Positions 1-13,981 of a stretch of 64,000 nt of DNA are shown one piece after another. The notes beneath the pieces are model-generated. The model was not told the origin of the DNA, ran no database searches, and was given only the letters and a program-made list of their open reading frames with translations. How positions within the stretch are numbered: the first letter of the stretch is position 1; every line of letters starts with the position of its first letter. The stretch covers positions 29,927,285 through 29,991,284 of the forward strand of contig NC_068984.1 in NCBI RefSeq assembly GCF_001194135.2. Reading direction: 5' to 3'. The translations under genes were made by a program, and so were the position numbers. Origin of the DNA: Octopus bimaculoides (Eukaryota).

Positions 1-111
1 AAATGACTGAAACAAATAAAAGAATAAAAGAAAAGATGTGAGGGAAGAAAGCAGTGGCTTATTCTTAGTATTTGAGGTGGTAGAAGACGATGATGGCAGC
101 GGTGGTGGTGG

Positions 112-112
<1 letters not shown>

Positions 113-156
<44 letters not shown>

Positions 157-208
157 CGAGGAAGATGATGATTATGATGATGATGATGATGATGATGACG
201 ACGACGAT
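113..208. repeat. (GAT)n microsatellite with GAC/GAG interruptions
   Basis: Direct tandem GAT run; explains the poly-Asp and poly-Met ORFs at 38-401. Confidence 0.97.
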
Positions 209-300
209 TGTGGTGGCTGCTGTGAGAGTGATGAGTGAGCGAGTGGTAAAGAGATACTATCGTTCAGTTAATCAGTTATTATGCTGGAATTTAGGAGCGG

Positions 301-427
301 TTCTTCCTGCTGTTGTCGTTGCTGTTCATGATTTCTGGCAGTTATTGTTGTCGTTTTGCTTGTTGTTGCTGCTCATGATTATCTGGCTGCTGTTGTTGTA
401 GTTGTTGTTGTTGTCGTTGTTGTTGTG
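301..427. repeat. Imperfect (GTT/GCT)n low-complexity tract
   Basis: Repeated gttgttgtc/gctgttgtt units. Confidence 0.85.
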
Positions 428-2334
428 CATGATTTTCTAGTTGTTCTTGAAGAGTAAATATATCGAAGGATTGTATTTCAAAATGACCCTGAATTAGTTT
501 GAAGGAGACCTCGATGTATTTTAGTTTGCTGCGTATCTGCTTAACAGATTGCGTGTTGAGTATATGCGTTGTCTCTTCGGAAATCTCATTTAGACAGGAA
601 GTGTTTCTGTTTTCTGTTTGACTGAGAGAAAACCATGTGCTTATTAAGCGGTCTATCTCATTATCAGACCACTTTCGTTTGTTTTATGTCTGCTGGTTAG
701 TCTGCATGTTCTTTTTCTCTTAGTTTGGTTTTGTATCAAATATATGTATATATTCTTTTTCATGTGTGTTAGACTTTGATTATCTGAAGATATATTAAAT
801 AAGTGTATATATCGATATATTCTCTCTTGTGAGTGTGAGTTTTTGATTATTTGTTTGTTTATAAACAAGTGGTTATTTGGGTATATAATAATTTGTAGTT
901 AACTAAAAGAAAAGAAAAACGTACTTACGGGCTTGTAGTTAAACACGTAGTTACAAATACATATATAAACAGTCAGTTTGGCTTTGCAGCTGTGTAGCTT
1001 GCTACTGACTGGCAGAGGGAAGCAAAACACGTATGTACACTTCAAGTTTTACAAAGAAGAGCGCTTGCTTTTTCACGTCATTGGAGCAATGTCCCTCTGT
1101 ATCGCAAATTTGACACCACTTCACTTAGATGTTCAACTTTTGGTGATATATTTTGAATAGTGAGTTTCAATATTGTCCATTCAATGTTTGTTTTAATTTT
1201 TAATATTGTATTTAATACTTTGACAGATTCAGATCCTTTATTTGCATATTCACCAGTATTAATTTTCCTTCGTTTTATTGGATATTTTGCACAAAATTTT
1301 TCATATACTTTTCATTATTCCATGATTTCATATTCTCCTATAAATGTCTGATTCTATTTGTTTCTTACAGTTATAGATTTAAGAATAGGTGCTTTTTAAC
1401 TTTTCATTATTTCCTTTGAAAATCGGAGTTCTGTTGCATTAATTCTCGCCTATTTAATTATGAATTCTTGATTTCAGACACATGATTTCTTTTGCAATAT
1501 CAGTTGCATTTTCAGATAATCACCGTGATTGTTTTTGTCATTTCAATTCTTGGAATATTCCTTTTCTACATTTTATTTTATGAAATATTTTACTTGATTT
1601 TAAAGACCTTCAGAATACTTAGTACAAATTATATTTCCAACGTTCGACGAACTGTTATCAATAAAAGTTTGCAGAAATACTTTCAGATAGTTTTTATTGA
1701 TAACTTATTTTCTTCATAGATTTAAACTTAAATTCCCATTACTCATATCTATAATCAACATCTGGTGAAGTTTTGCTTGAATGAATCATACGTTTCTTGC
1801 TTTTTTCATTATTATTATCACATAATCGATTTCATTATAGTATTGCGTATTTGCAGAAGCGAAGAGTATAATCGTCTTTTGCGCAACTAAAAAAGTATTC
1901 ATTATACATAGATCTTTCTCTTAGCAGAAATTGATCAATCTCTGTCCTATTTAAGTTCTGTTCCTAAAAGTTAAATTCTCAATTATGGGACAAGTTGAAT
2001 CATTTCCCACCCCTGTAATCAATTCACACTTTATTAATTGATCTATGCCTTTGGTATTGCTTCAATAAATTTTGGAAAATCCTCTCAGAATCCTTTGATC
2101 GGTTTCTGTTCGTGCATACTTTTGTAGCAGGCTGATATTAATTTGCAGTTCACACTAACTTATAAGAATTTGTCACAAACCGCATTATATCCATTTGAAT
2201 GCCTATGATAAACATACACTATTCACCATTTTTAGATTGATACAGAGTGCGATCATATAAGACGAAATAACCAATTCCATTGCATCACAGTGTTTAAATT
2301 TTTTGTATATTTTCAGACTTACAGACAATACACC

Positions 2335-2438
2335 CCCTCTCTCTCTCTCTCTCTCACTCTATACACACACGCATAATTAATTCATACACACACGCACACA
2401 CACACACACACTCGCACACACGCGCGCACGCACACACA

Positions 2439-2488
<50 letters not shown>

Positions 2489-2490
2489 CA
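2335..2490. repeat. Compound (CT)n-(CA)n-(TA)n microsatellite
   Basis: Direct dinucleotide runs. Confidence 0.95.
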
Positions 2491-2691
2491 ATTCTACATT
2501 TAAGAAATGAGGAATTATGTACATTATTTACATTTGACGGATATTTGTCCTCATCTTGTTTGTTGTTAACACAACGTTTCGGCTGATATACCATCCAGCC
2601 GTCATCAGGTGTTTGGGGAAAATTTCGAACCTGGGTTCTCATTCCTAAGGTATTTTTCGATGTTATTATTATTATCATTAGTATTATTATT

Positions 2692-2695
<4 letters not shown>
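2491..2695 (-). mobile_element. Penelope-like element terminal module carrying a hammerhead motif
   Basis: Contains a complete minimal hammerhead on the minus strand, follows an Asn-rich frame (NNNTNDNNNNIEK) and ends at a (TA)n array; PLE terminal repeats are known to carry minimal hammerheads. Confidence 0.6.
2568..2613 (-). ncRNA. Minimal type-I hammerhead ribozyme motif (HHR-A)
   Basis: Minus strand: AACAC-CUGAUGA-C-GGCUG(gaugguauau)CAGCC-GAA-ACGU-U-GUGUU. Stem I 5 bp, stem II 5 bp, loopless palindromic stem III ACGU, GUU cleavage triplet. Confidence 0.75.

Positions 2696-2769
<74 letters not shown>
2696..2769. repeat. (AAT)n microsatellite running into an assembly gap
   Basis: Perfect AAT run up to the N-run at 2770. 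Confidence 0.97.
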
Positions 2770-2931
2770 NNNNNNNNNNNNNNNNNNNNNNNNNNNNNNN
2801 NNNNNNNNNNNNNNNNNNNNNNNNNNNNNNNNNNNNNNNNNNNNNNNNNNNNNNNNNNNNNNNNNNNNNNNNNNNNNNNNNNNNNNNNNNNNNNNNNNNN
2901 NNNNNNNNNNNNNNNNNNNNNNNNNNNNNNN

Positions 2932-3110
2932 GTTTTTAGAAGGAAAGATTTGATAGATGGCCTGTGACGGTGAGGAAACCAGGTTTTTGAAGTTACTGGA
3001 AGTCTTTTCCTTGTATACATTAATATGTCCTTTGTTGAAAACCATTGAGTAGTTCGTCAGTTTACTGTTAGATTTTTTTTGATATATAACTTCAATTAAA
3101 AATAACACAA
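2932..3110 (-). mobile_element. Possible decayed PLE RT C-terminal fragment
   Basis: Minus frame NYSMVFNKGHINVYKEKTSSNFKNLVSS loosely resembles the PLE KIFN..TI.ISYS...N...IISS region; weak. Confidence 0.3.
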
Positions 3111-3655
3111 TTAATTAATATTAATAAACGTGTAATGCATGATAGAATACATATGCTAAAAAGATTTTCAATTGAATAAAATTTATATAATCTAAATTTC
3201 GGCAAATATATATACAACAGTGTTGTATATACGTGCGTCGAGGAAAACTAGACTATACCGGTTCCCAAGTTGTCGCAAATTTGCAAACTGTCGTTGTTTC
3301 AAATCTGCTTCTAAAGTATATATATTACGGAGATGTACTTGCATAACAAATGACCTGATCTGAGATCGTGTGCTGAAACAAAAACAATTACAGCGTGCAA
3401 GGTGTCTACAAGCCATTTAAAAACACAGAGAAACAGTTAGATTCACTTCAACATTTAAATTTAATTTGCCAAAATATTTTCGTCGCTTTGACAAAACTCA
3501 GCTGCAGCACAGAATTTTGTCAGTGATCAGGTCGCTGTCTCAAAGCGACGAAAATACTTTGGCTAATTAAATTTAAATGTTGAAGTGAATCTAACGGTTT
3601 TTGAGTAATTTTAAATGGCTTATAAACACCTTCCACGCTGCAATTGTTTACACAC

Positions 3656-3707
<52 letters not shown>

Positions 3708-5518
3708 CTTCGGTACGCAATCTGTCTAGCTCTAAATGTATTCTGAGAGGGAATCGCCCACTTTAACCAATTCTATCACTACCACACCAGTATAAAGTCC
3801 ATATACCTGAATAGATAAATATGTACACTAAAGAATACTGCTAGTTGTCTTAGTTTGCAGAAAGAGTTTTGAAATCATTGTAACTTCACAGATTCTCAGC
3901 TGATATTAATTATATAGTTGAATATTTTAGTGACATTAGTCTGTTTTAAAACCATGCTTCTATCATGTATCTAGAAACTTCTTAAATAAGATATATTTTC
4001 CACAAATATACGTTTATAACAGTGGCCTCGTTGATACAAATATTGATGTAAGAATGAATGGCGTTAGGCAGACGAGATTGCTTACGCATTTATCCAGTTC
4101 CGACAGTAACAATTTGACAGTAAATTATAACTGGCCATCACAATTGTTGCGCCTACAACGACTTTCGCCAATAATATTCATGCATCTATGATGCTTAGGA
4201 ATATTTTCTGCAGGCCCGATTCAGTATCATATCATTATCCTAGAAATGTGTGTTACTTTCGTTCTATCACCATAGAAACTATGGTGAATAATTCTTTATA
4301 AACACATTGAGGGATAGATATTAAGCATTCTCGATTTGTTTGGAAAGGTTATAGAATCGAAACTCTTCTAACATTTCCGAAACTTTGAAAACAAAAACTT
4401 CCAACACGCTACATTGTCTGGAGAAAATTATTTCTAAAGGTCGAAGCAATAAAGAAATAGCTGAAAGCAGATAAAAAGTTAACTAATTTATCGACCGCCG
4501 ATTTCATTCTAAATTTATTTTCTATAAGATAATTTCCTACTAAAATGTTTCCAAACTAAATTGTAAGAAGAATAAGATCATTTTTTTTTGCTTGCAGATT
4601 TACTACAATGTGGAATTGTAATATTTATGAAAGGATCTAATCGAACCAAGTATTTAAATGCATAAATGCTGATAAAACATGAAGTGTGGCTTCAGAAATT
4701 GTAGTACACATAAACACTAATTGTAATCTATAATGGAACACACATTGACTATATAATTCATAATTTTATATTTATAATTGAGTATCTACTGCATGTACGA
4801 ATACTAAATTTACTAGACGTATGTATACGCAGAATAGTTAACACACATTATGTTATTAAACTGTTAGAGAAACCTCTTATATTTATAGCCTGAATACATC
4901 TAAAGTCCTAAACAGAATCTATGAAATATTACATTCATTAGTAAACAGGTTTTTACTTGAAATATATTCCATTCTTTAAAAAGGCTTCAATATCTAAAGC
5001 AATTGGAACGCTTTCCGCTCTGAAATGTTTCAGAACTATGGTCTCTGAAAGGCATACAAATGAACGAACAACGGAATTATGTGTCTGTTTAGATATACGT
5101 CAGTGTCCCTTTTGTGGCTAACCCGTAGTTTTCTTAAGAATAGAGTGTCGAGTACATGTTACCAAACATTACACCTTTTAAAAAAGAGTTTGATGTGAAT
5201 TTGGGGAGACTTGCTTATAATTCTAGCAGATCGAATGACAACGTAAACTGTACGTCGTAGGAGCTCATTGCTCAGATTCTCTTTCACAACTTAAGAAAGG
5301 AAATGTAATGTGTGATTATTCACAATATGTGAGAAATGTTCCTTATATTTATTATATTTCTAATAGTTTACTGGTTGTAAATCATGAAATGGTTTCGGTG
5401 GTCATAAATTATTCCCATACGAAATGAAATTTTCCATGAAACATTTTCATTAATGAACGTTTTTTCCTAGTTAAATCTGTTACGAAAGCTGACATTGATT
5501 CAGGTCAAATCGATGCAA

Positions 5519-5519
5519 T

Positions 5520-5589
<70 letters not shown>

Positions 5590-5652
5590 TATACACACAC
5601 ATATACACATACACACACGTACAAACAAACACGCACGCGTGCGCGCACACAC
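5519..5652. repeat. (CA)n microsatellite
   Basis: Direct run with interruptions. Confidence 0.95.
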
Positions 5653-7299
5653 GCTGTCTCATCTAAACCTAAACGAAAGAAGCAATGAAATAATGTGTCA
5701 ATTTAGATTTTATTTTGTTCCGGAAGGCTTGATATTTCAGCATTTAGTCAGGTGTGTTCCTGCCAATACCTTCGAGCGTTAGCGTTCGACTTTTGACGCA
5801 TCAGATGTAATTGATCACGAACTCATGACATTGTGATACATAAAGTAGAAAATATATCTGATATGATTCCACATTTCGTAATCACCTACCACTAGTACAC
5901 ATCAGAATTATTTATTTAGTACTTACACTAACAAGTAATGTTAGATCCACACTCATACATACACATGCTGAGATATCAACCCATAAATCCCTCCCCTTTT
6001 GACCAAAACGATTCTGTTGTCAGAAATCAAACAAACAAATTAACAAAGAGCTAATTTTGTTTTTGCTAATACAATCAATGAGAGGAGAATTAAAATATTT
6101 CAGCGATTCTCTCTCATCCTTATGCTTCACTTTGCCTAATGAAAATTTATGGCTATATCAAAGAAATGTAATTACACTGCACTCTTAAACTCCACACTGG
6201 TGTTGGTAATTTATTAATATTATTATTCAAAACAGTTCAAAAATTGATTTTAACGCCCTAAATATTAGAAAAAATCACAAATAGCTTTATTGAAAGGAAC
6301 TGACAAAAATCATTTATAATAAAAACAAAACCCCAAAATTGTTTATTGCGGTGATATTTGCATAATTAGTTCATTTGTCTCAAGGAACAGCTGAAGCTCA
6401 CAGAAAACAGAAATTAGATTATCAAAAAATCAAAGCCATAGTAGTTACTAAATTTGGATGAATCTCACTCACTCAATAACTTTTAGTCCCTGTACGCAAA
6501 CACTCACTCACTTGCTCATACACACATGTGTACATATAGACACACACATGTGTATGTTACTTTGCGTGTATATTTGCGCGTCTGTGGCTAAAGACACAAA
6601 ATTACTCAATACAATACGATCGACTCGTCTAAGCAAATTATAACTCCCTAAAAGAGCTCAACTACTAATTATAAACAATTATATGTTACTAATGGCTTCG
6701 TTATACGTCTAAAGAGAAGGAATAATATTGAAAGGGAAAATTCACGATGGACTATATTAGAAACTGCGTAGTACTGTCTCACAGTCCCTATTGCCACTAA
6801 CAATTATTCCTGTGGCCATTAATTATATTAGATGGGATCGAAAGAGCAGTATTCCACGTGACTAGTGAATTTATTGCACTGAGTCACGCGGGTGTGAATA
6901 TAAACGGCGAACATGGTATAAAGAACCGCCACGCGTTGATCTACATTCAACCAGGATAGTGTCACCATTCCAAGTTGTGGATATTTCAAAAAGCATTCCA
7001 CATGATTTTTTGTTTTTTATTCTACAAAAACCGGCTGGAAACTTCCACAAATCTCAACTGCTTGAAATACGTCATGAAACTTATTACTGTAAATGCTTAT
7101 AAATTACTTGAATTACAATATTAATTAAAAGCGCAGAAATAAACGAATAAAGCAAATCTGTGATAAACTATATAAATATGATAAGAGTATTATTATTTCA
7201 ATCGCTTTCGCGTGAAACACTTGTTTCTCTGAGTATTCAATTCCTAAAGCATGATCGAAAAAGCAAGTGACATACAAACATGCACATACGTAGGTACGT

Positions 7300-7472
7300 A
7301 CATAAATACATACATACCACATACATACACACACGCACATGCATACACATATATACACATACATACATATACACACGCACCCACGCACGTACACACACAC
7401 GTACACACACACGCATACTCACACGCACTCTCTCTCACACACGCAGGCACACACACATACACACACACACAT
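7300..7472. repeat. Degenerate (CA/TA)n microsatellite
   Basis: Explains the cluster of His/Thr and Cys/Val ORFs at 7125-7591. Confidence 0.93.
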
Positions 7473-7639
7473 GTATAATGGAGACGGGAAATTTGAGGAC
7501 GCGTTTGGCAGTTTTAATATTCTCTGTGAATTTAGCTAGTCACTGTCACCACTCATCCGAAGATATAGCGTGTGCTGCTTTTCCACTATAAAATTCGATT
7601 TTTGACAGGTATTTCGATTATAATACAAATCATATTCTT

Positions 7640-7835
7640 TTCTTCTCTAGACACAATGCCCGAAACTTTGGTGGTTGGGGACAGTCGATTACATCGACCC
7701 CAGTACGCAATTGGTACTTAATTTATCGACCCCGAAAGGATGAAAGGCAAAGTCAACCTCAGTGGAATTTTGAATTCAGAACGTAAAGACAGATGAAATA
7801 TCGCTAAACGTTTCGCCGGCGTGCTAACGTTTCTT
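7640..7835 (-). mobile_element. tRNA-derived SINE, family 1, copy A (5' head interrupted)
   Basis: Minus strand: GAAACGTTAGCACGCC..., B-box-like GTTCTGAATTCAAAATTCC, core TTTGCCTTTCATCCTTTCGGGGTCGATAAATTAAGTACCA; near-identical core at 7900-7975 and a diverged one at 59195-59260. Confidence 0.85.
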
Positions 7836-8056
7836 ATTTCGGTATTGCCCACAAAGGGCTAAACATAGAAGAGGCAAACAAAGACAGACAAAGAGATTAA
7901 GTCGATTACATCGACCCCAGTGCGTAACTGGTACTTAATTTATCGACCCCAAAAGGATGAAAGGCAAAGTCGACCTCGGGGAATTTGACGTAATGGCAGA
8001 CAAAATACCGCTAAGCATTTCGCCCGGCGTGCTAACGTTTCTGCCAGATCGCGGCC
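7836..8056 (-). mobile_element. tRNA-derived SINE, family 1, copy B with a LINE-like 3' tail
   Basis: Head GGCCGCGATCTGGCAGAAACGTTAGCACG, same core as copy A, tail TTCTATGTTTAGCCCTTTGTGGGCAATACCGAAAT matching 24761-24795. Confidence 0.88.
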
Positions 8057-8819
8057 TTATTCACACAAATTATATTGCATTAGTTATTTCCTGTTTCGTG
8101 CATGTATAACTCTCGTAATATGGCTTCAATCTGGAAAGTCTCAGTTAAAGAAAGACAATGAAACGCTAACAGAACGCAAATAGAAAACTGTGTTATTTTT
8201 AAGGGACCGTAATTCCTAAGACACAAGCGATGTGATGAAATAATACTGTCGAAATACCAGCATTCTTCAACACAGATAGGAGTAACCGACAAATTTGCCT
8301 CAAATAAAATACTACAATTTAGAATAGAATATGAACCTTAAATAAAGTAGTAAAGATTCAATCGAAAAAATTCAATAGAAAATGGCCAGGCATAGATTAT
8401 CATTAGATATATATCCGCTGTAAAAATGCAGTTTTTGGATAAGAATATCATTAGAAATTATTGTCAAATTATTAATTCAAATACAATGAGATATATGTCT
8501 TATTTAAAAGAATATATATTTAAAACACTGTAAGGTGGTGAACGACATTTTCCTCACAGAAAAACCACGAACGCTTTAAGATTTTGACTCGCTTAGACAT
8601 TTCAGATAAATACATTTGTCACAAGCTTCGCCTAAAACTATTATTCAGATTACTTCGCTGCAAACTGATTTTATTAAGTATTACATGTAGCCTGTAAAAA
8701 CAGTTGTAAATTTGCAATAAAAATCACTGGGTTCATACAGTTTCTGGGGATAAATTTGGTGATTAATCAACATTAATCTAGCAGAAACTAAATACATATT
8801 TTTAAAACTGTGTGCATAG

Positions 8820-9760
8820 TTCCAATTAACTTTCCCATAAGATTATTTTACGTATCCATTTTCAACTTCGATGACTGCTTCAATGCGAGACCAGAGTCAT
8901 TGACATGCTGCACCTTATGGTTCTTAATAATTTCAGATATCACGTTGACAATGGCTGCCTTGGTATTGTGCTGTTGTCCATTAGTCCCCTTTTCAACACA
9001 GCTCCAAAAGTAGTGGTCCATGTTCTTTAAATTTGAGTGGGGATTGGAGGTCATAAGTTCGGTATTACTCGATCTTATATGTTGCTTGAAAGCTGTCATT
9101 GTTTGAAGTAGGTGCTGCATATAACCTCCCACTGCAAACTTCATTCATCCAGGACTTAAACAACTTATCCAGCAGCACTAATTTTCAAACCATTTTACTC
9201 CCAACAAACCATCACAGTTGTTATAAACTCTGTGCGCATCACTCCGGGGCCATCACAAAGATCTGCACATAACACTTTTATATCTCCTATTAGACTTTTG
9301 TTCTTTAATGATGTTTTATCATTAGAAAAGTAAAAGCAAAATGGCCCGTGCCTGAGTTTTTTAAAACTTTGTTAAGTAAAGGCTTGGCACGGATCATACG
9401 GTGTTTCTCTGTGCCTTTGTAGATATGCATTTGTTTGTCATCAGTAAATACGACTTCGATCGAATATTCTCGTGAACCATAGTTCTCTAAGTTCCATCTG
9501 ACACTTAATTTCATGCATTGATTTTCCAGGATCATCATCGATAATGTTCTGAACCTGTTGGAGGAATTGTCGTGTCCTTGTAGTGTCTGAACATTTACAA
9601 AGATTTTCCTTTTGATACATCTAAAACAACTTCGCATGAGTTTTCCAATTCTATTCAAATTTTGTATACAAAAGACTATGTAGCGTTTAGAAAATTGGCA
9701 CTTTCTGAATCACTTCCGCACAAATGATATCAATAATAGAATGTCTTTTCATTTCTGTTT
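8820..9760 (-). mobile_element. Decayed Tc1/mariner transposase, probably maT/DD37D-type
   Basis: Frameshifted minus-strand motifs in the expected order: KCSDTTRTRQFLQQVQNIIDDDPGKSM, MVHENIRSKSY, RMIRAKPLLNK, VMRTEFITTVMV, KSWMNEVCSGR, NMDHYFWSCVEK..HNTKAAIV, WSRIEAVIEVENGY. Confidence 0.8.
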
Positions 9761-12700
9761 TTAACATTTATCTGGAAATGTTATCAATCGGGAAAATAGT
9801 TAGATACTGATTTTCCTAGTTCTGTTCCGTGGTTGAAACAATGAAACTGTAAAAATGTTGGAAGAACTGGCGCTAGAATATCGTATAATATTTCTGTTAT
9901 TCGTATTAGACGTGCATTGAGCATACATTATGATGAAAAATTACGAGTACTCAGAAGTCTGGAATGTAGAATAGTACGATGCTTTTACACAAACAATAAT
10001 CTAGTTCGAGATGTAGCTAGAGCCTCTACAGAATGATGTACATTTACCTAGATATGCACTAAAAACTGGAAAGATATTTCTAAGGAATAATTGCAACCAT
10101 TTATATATGTGAGACCTATTTTATTAAGCCTTTTAGGTGAATAGTTCAATATGGCTGGAGTCTATGTATTTAACTCATACATTGTAAGTTTTCTCTGTTT
10201 TGTAACACGATCATTAATGGTGAGACAGTGAGGGAGCTGCTATTTAGTAGACCAAACTGTAACATCTTTCTTAGATATGATGTTATTGTTCTCTCCTAAA
10301 TAGCCTATTACTTTTTTCACATCCCTGTAGAAACCTTTTCATCGTACATATAAAACTACAATACAATCCTAATCCTTATTCCTCCCTGGTACAGAAAACT
10401 TAGCAACTAGAACCTTGGGTGACAAACTGAAAAATTCGAAACTATGGTTTATTAATTTTTTTTTTTTTTTGCATTTCCGTATGTATTACGCATGTCTATT
10501 ACATTTTGCTAACATCATAGTTCCGCATCATTTCATCGACCACTCTCTTNNNNNNNNNNATATATATAGCAAAAGCAGACAATTAGATAGACGGACATTA
10601 ACATACACATGTATATGTTTGTGTGTATGTGTGTGCGTGGGCGTGTGTGCATTTTGTATGTGTTTGCGCGCGCGCGTGCGTGCGTGCGTGTGTAGTGTTG
10701 GTGGTGTCTGAAATTGTGTATATTCGCTTTTGTATAAGGTAAATATTACATGAATATAAACACTGATTACGTTATATTGTTTTGTTTTATTTTGCTCTTC
10801 ACTCATGAACTGAGTGATTTTAAATAATAAAATGTAGTGCAATTAGAGAAACAAACAGTGTTATTGCTCTCTTTGAAATATTGGTAGAAATATATCAATA
10901 CACAAGTTCATTAGTATGTGTCCAAGCAGGTCAAAGATATTTACCGGTTCAAAGAAGATAGCATTAATGAAATATGTTCAGATCTCCCGTAGTCTAATTA
11001 TACTAATTATAATTACAGCCTACCGATGTAAATGCTGAATATAAATGTCCAGCGAATCAAGAAATTGCAATTTTTATATTAAAATTGTTGAACGGGAATT
11101 ATGCTCTCCAAGTGTTAAATGAATTCATTTATGATTCAAACAAACATTACAACTGACCTGCTATTTTAGACTATAATGAATTTCTACTTTGTTTAATTCC
11201 AAAGAAATGGGGGCCGATCTAAATATAAGGAATTCTTTTACTGAATCAATATACAGTTGTGATCATTTGTGGCAAAACTCAAGCAGAAATGATTTGACTT
11301 GTTTTAAATCGCTCTGATTATAAATATACGATATAACGTTTTGGATTATTGGTGATTCATATCTCGTTGCACTTGTATCGCGTTATATCTGTACTTAACG
11401 ATTTTCAATAATTTCGAATTTACCTATACAAAATATGGCATAATCTCATATATCCATTTGTATATATATATATATGTTTCAGAATACTTCTACTTTTACT
11501 AGCGTTGGCGATTCATCGATCTAGAAATGAATTCATATCACTGACTTCTAATTACCAACCATGTATACTATCTAATCATTTTAAATTGTAAAAGTATCGA
11601 ATTCTGCATGACATCATGCAGTATTTGTCAAATATGAAAATTTCGTTCTTCCTATCTGTTAGTTAATCTGAAAGCAAAAATGGGTCAGAAGAACGCGTCC
11701 ATGCTATTCTCAAGTTAAACCAACGCAACTCTTCATAATAGTTTCAAGATTAATGAAATATAAACATTTTCACCTGGACTAAAATTAATGTTTTAAACGA
11801 CGTACACAACACGCAAAAAAGAAATTCTACATCACATAAAATATAAACAATTTGTTTAACAATTAAATCAATGTAGTAAACACCATACACAACATGAAGT
11901 CTAAACATTGTTGGTTCACAGGAATTGAGATACGAAATTGGAAAAAATAAATGAATTTATCTCCAATATACGTTATTTTTCTCTTGAATAAAATGCATCC
12001 AATCAGTCAAAACAGATATGGTGGTATGAGGTATTACTTACTATATATTATTACAATTGCCAATATGAAAACGAATATTATAACAGAAATTATAACTGCA
12101 TCGTCGCGTCGCTTCTAGATGTTGCAAAGTCACGATATTTCTAAGTGAGGAAATGAAATTTGTGGCATTCATTTCTATTTCTGAGTGGTTTAACAAACAA
12201 ATTAAAACAGAGCATTGTTTCGTTCACATTATTTGAGCACGATGCTCCTAGCATTACCTCTATGATATTGATCTGGCTTGAGGATAAAACTGCATAGGCT
12301 GTTGACGCAAACCGAATACATATGTAGTATGTACTTCGTTGCTTCCAAGTATGTGAATGGAAACCTCACTTTCTTAAATAGATAACGGATAATGTTTATC
12401 CTTATTAAAAAAATCTAGAAGGATCCGTTACTTGTTACTTTGAAACTGCTTTCGTGGACAAAATCCAAAGAGTCACATCCTTTACTGGTAGTCTTGGAAT
12501 TTTTCTGTGCTTGTTCATTCTTATTTTACAGTCATATTTCATAATTTATTTCCATTACATATCCTTTCCTTTTTTCTCTTATTTTACATTTAAATAGTAT
12601 ATTCGTGACTCTATAAATTAGTTGGTATTCAAGAATTTCGATCGAATTATGTCTAAATTTATAGATTTGCACTCATTAAATTATGGGAATATTTAACAGC

Positions 12701-13942
12701 AACTACAATACCATTTGAATTTGTTTTACTTATTTAGTTCTTTTTTCTCATTCCATTTTGTCTCAGAAGGGCGATACCAAGCAATACATACATAAGTTCA
12801 TGTAATTGCAACCTAGAGGGGATTTCGAAAACCTGCTAGCTCTTCCGGAATTATTATATTGTTGAAATGCCGGAAACCCTATTGGAGACAAATAATTCTT
12901 CACAGGTAAATACCAAGAGGTACTTTGATGTTACATAGCTATATCATCGACAATATATGTCTATAACTGAGTACATATGAATGTATGCATACATGTATGC
13001 ATGTGTATGCGTGTGTGGGGGTTGGGTGGGTTTGTATAAATGTGGATGCGTCTGCGTATGTGTGTGTACACAGAAATGTATATTACAAAAGGTATAATAG
13101 CCATTAATAATTTCAGATGAATCATCTACGAATTTATTTCTAACGTGGCAAAACATACTTGATAAATAATATGGTGAGTGCATTGGCCACCTACCAGTAC
13201 GTGTATGTATTTAGTTGCAGTCGAATACATACAAAGACTCTATTGCTATAACATTGCATTCCAAACAGCGTTGGCTTTGAAGTAATAAAAAGGGTTTAAT
13301 TCGTACATTTTGTATACTTCGACCGTCAGTTTTGTTCTCGAATGCTGAAAGTGTTTGAAACTCAATTTTACTACTCCACCCGAGTGTGCTCGTGTGTTTA
13401 TTCTACTTCCGCAACAAGATATTAGTATATTAATATTTGAAGATGTTAACCATGAAATGCTCAAATGTAATATAATGTATTGACCCCAGTAGCATACTTA
13501 TAAGTACTATGTATACAACTAATATTTGAGTGGCACTAAATAAAATTATATTGCTGCAGGAAATAATTGATATTTTACTGCAATATTTGCTCAGAATTTA
13601 TAGAGGTAAATTCTTCTTTATTGCACCCTGTCAAGTGAAAAACCTCAAAATAGCTTTATTATAAAAATCCCACAAGCAAAACATAAAAATGCTTTTTTTT
13701 TTTCATGTATTCAGCTCATGTCATTTCATAGCAACACATGAAGAATAAGATATTTGTTGGGCCTGTATTTCCTTTGAGGCAATTTGTAATATGATGATGG
13801 ATACTTTTGTTTATGCCAACACACTACGAAATGGAAACAAAACCATGTACGATATTTGCAAATTAAGAACTAATATTATAGGGTTACCCAAAGTTGTTAC
13901 AAGGGGATCTGGCTTTAGAGCCAAAATTTAGTAAAAACACGT

Positions 13943-13981
13943 TTGGTGGTGGTGGTGGTGGTGGTGGTGGTGTGTGTGTGT
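13943..13981. repeat. (GGT)n followed by (GT)n
   Basis: Direct tandem run. Confidence 0.93.

Noticed and set aside
38-401. Poly-Asp and poly-Met ORFs
   Set aside because: Translations of the (GAT)n microsatellite
9395-9450. CUGAUGA...GAAAC-ACC-GUA on the minus strand
   Set aside because: No stem II can form; lies inside the maT transposase sequence
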